NCBI RefSeq assembly: GCF_006345805.1
Contig: NC_043001.1
Span: 108,190,001-108,254,000 of the forward strand
Reading direction: 5' to 3'
From: Octopus sinensis
Lineage: Eukaryota
DNA: 64,000 nucleotides
A program made the translations under genes and the position numbers. Numbering within the stretch: position 1 is the first letter of the stretch; every line of letters starts with the position of its first letter. The notes beneath the pieces were generated by a model. That model saw only the letters and a list, made by a program, of their open reading frames with translations, ran no database searches and had not been told where the DNA came from. Shown one piece after another: positions 1 through 64,000 of the stretch.

Positions 1-589
1 TTTATTAATACAAACATGTGTTACAATAAAGAACACTGAAATCTGTTTGAGATTTTTAATTAAAAAATATTTGTCTTTATTGTAAATAAAAAAAAATGTC
101 GTCATTACTACAAATGACAAACACTGAGATAGTTTGAAGCTTATTGTGAGATCTGCTCATATCAAATTCTCAATACTCACCACATATGATAAAAAATGCT
201 TTTAAATGAATTTAAGGCACTTTCCCCAAATGTCTTCTTTGATTTGAATGTTTTATTTACTGTCTATTAACAAGTAAATGTATTAATATGACATTTCACT
301 CAGTACCACCATTTTTTACATCCATTTTCCTTTGCCAGCCTAAATTTGACAGGCCTTCTCCATCATGTTGCTTATTGTAGCCTCTTGTTATCTCCCCTGT
401 AAAGTTCAGTATCCCAAACCAGCCAACTCCATTTATTTCTCAGTCTTCCTCTTTCACTTTCGTTTCCCATTTGAGTTGTTCTTCACCAAACTCTCATTCT
501 TCATAAACATCACATCTCTTCACTCTTACATCAGACTGTAGCAGATTCTTCCAACGTTCTCTCTGTCAGCTCCTCTGCGCTCAATTTTA

Positions 590-836
590 AATTAAAAGCC
601 CAGTTACCAGTCATTTAAATTTCATTTAAATCAGCCATATCTCACCCAAATATTCTCCCTGTTGTATATTCAACCTGACCAGATTCAGCCTCTCACACTT
701 ACTCTACAATGTCATTCTAAAAATAAACAAACCCATCATCACAATCTCAAAGTTATGAGACATAATGCATGATGAATTCAAACAATGTGAATAAATGAGC
801 CATACATTTAGCAGAATAATTTGAATGCTAATGGAT
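590..836 (+). mobile_element. TTAA-type MITE family copy; related copies at about 3055-3737, 15790-15866 (-), 30810-30910 (-) and 47601-47830
   Basis: Shared internal text (cccaaatattct...cagcctctcacac...acaatgtcattcta) in several copies, with TTAA at the ends. Confidence 0.55.
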
Positions 837-1179
837 TAAATGACTGACAATGTTACAGTTGATGTGTTATAAAGACATTCCATTATATTATAAACAAATG
901 AATGGCTTTTGATTTCATTAAAATGGAACTGGAGCAAGAATGGAACCTATGTCATTGCACAACCTACTCCTTCCATTTTCTCTCCCTACTATTCCTGGGG
1001 GTCATGGTAGTGTTATAAAGTGGGTTCTCCCCACTGGTGTGATGTGTGACTGCCGTTGTATTGTAGTTGCTGTTTTACGCTAGTAGCCACAATAGTTCTA
1101 CTCATCAGATACCATTGTATAGAATACTAATACACTAACTTTTGTCTTACTGATAGCTCCACAAGACACCAACTAGAAC

Positions 1180-1545
1180 TTTTGACTCTCAGCTCTTCCA
1201 CTCTCAACAACCAGCTACTGGTTTATTTGTAATGGCTGGTTCCTACCACCTTTTACCGGAAGGGGTATACGGTTTCACTATACAACAGGTAGTAGAGTTC
1301 TCTGACACCTCCTCCATAGTGTCCTGGATTCCCAAGTATGAACAAGTAAGACTATGGATACTATACAACCATCTCATTCTTGGTCTACCCATGAGTCTCG
1401 TGTTGGGTAGCTCAGCTTGAAGAATCCGTCTTCCAATTCTTTCTTGTGACTTCCTAGTCAGATGCTCATAGTACCAGAACTGTGACCTCTCAAACATACT
1501 CCAAACAGATTTCTCTGAAAATTTTCTCCGTTCTACACCCAAACC
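1180..1545 (-). mobile_element. Degenerate RTE-clade LINE 3' fragment
   Basis: Peptide FWYYEHLTR...RRILQAELP...MGRPRMRWL resembles the RTE ORF2 C-terminus (WxGHVxR...GRPRxRW). Confidence 0.6.
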
Positions 1546-1657
1546 ATATAAGACAACAACAACAACTACATAAATACTGACAGCAAAATGAAACTCAATG
1601 CAGACTCAACGGGTGATTGAGATTAAAATGAAAATCCTGAGCATCTGTTTCACTTAC

Positions 1658-63083
<61,426 letters not shown>

Positions 63084-63136
63084 CTGCAAAACAGGAGAGG
63101 CATAGAAAATGTTGTAGACAATGACATAGCATAGTA

Positions 63137-63957
63137 TAGGGGTGGGCAATTGTTGTGGCTCAGGGTCCACTTTGAGAGGGGCATAGTTTACAAAGGGCTG
63201 CATCTTCTATAACTGATTGTATTCATTACTTAACACTACATTTTATTGCGAAGTGCAAATAACATAACAATAATCTATAATATAAATTGGAGATGGGCGA
63301 TCGTTGTATTCTTTCTTGTCTTGAGGTTCACAGCCAAACGGCTGAGTGGATTCGCGTGAAAAATGGCACACATGTGGAGACGGGTGCATACATTGGAATG
63401 CGGTTTGCATTTTTTACTTAACCCCCATACTTACCGAGAAAATTGATTAAAACTTTTTCAAATGGAATTCCCCTCTTTCTTCCGCCATTAAAACAACCAG
63501 TTGCTTAGAAGCTGTTTCCTGATGGGGTGGGGTCAGGAAATTTTCATACAGCTGGAGGCACCAATCGAAACAGGGGACTCGAAATGATAAGGTTGACAAA
63601 TGCTGTTATAGATTATGCCTAACCGAAAACGATCACAGCCACATCATCGAAACAGACCGGATGAAACCGGGCTTAGCTGCTAGTAATAAATAAATAAAAC
63701 TAAAACAATAGCGGTACACAGAAACGGTTTCATTAAATTTATTTATGTGCAAGTTACACATCAGCGAGCATGAGTAATTTGATGAGACAAATGTAACATG
63801 TCATGCTTATTTACAATTCTTTTGAAATCAGGAGAGAGATTGCTTGTTGAGATCCTCATCACTCCTAACATTTTTTTTAGCTGAATGTTTCCATGGGTCA
63901 CAGAAAACTCTGTGGCAGGCCACATGAGGCCCGTGGGCCATAAATTGCCCACCCCTG
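63137..63957. mobile_element. hAT-like non-autonomous element
   Basis: TIR (T/C)AGGGGTGGGCAATT; TSD GCATAGTA / TCATAGTA. Confidence 0.78.
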
Positions 63958-64000
63958 TCATAGTAGATTAAAAACAGAAACAGACATAGCTAACATGACC

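Noticed and set aside
1243-1542. 99-aa ORF as the next WDFY3 exon
   Set aside because: No resemblance to the expected final WD40/FYVE sequence; it matches an RTE LINE tail instead.

Overview
AT-rich eukaryotic (animal) genomic DNA, not prokaryotic. The window is the interior of one large minus-strand gene, an orthologue of WDFY3/ALFY (Drosophila blue cheese), a PH-BEACH-WD40-FYVE selective-autophagy scaffold. I traced 47 coding exons from 63083 down to 1658 (7936 nt, about 2645 codons). All intron phases are mutually consistent. Acceptors are all AG and donors are all GT except one GC. The 5' exons lie beyond position 64000 and the last WD40/FYVE exons lie before position 1. The introns are packed with tRNA-derived SINEs, truncated LINEs (RTE, CR1-like, RLE-type), hAT, piggyBac and pogo-like MITEs, Helitron-like elements and microsatellites. 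The repeat families resemble those I recall from Octopus genomes (inference, unverified). Most long ORFs in the supplied track are microsatellite artefacts. The most striking unexplained signal is a set of minimal hammerhead-ribozyme folds of the Penelope-associated, dimer-type design. One family sits behind a tRNA-like Pol III head and occurs in tandem and head-to-head arrangements; a second, unrelated family lies in sense orientation inside an intron. Other highlights are a perfect 132-bp palindrome, a 19-bp minisatellite in exact register with a splice donor, a candidate recursive splice site and a candidate LIR motif.
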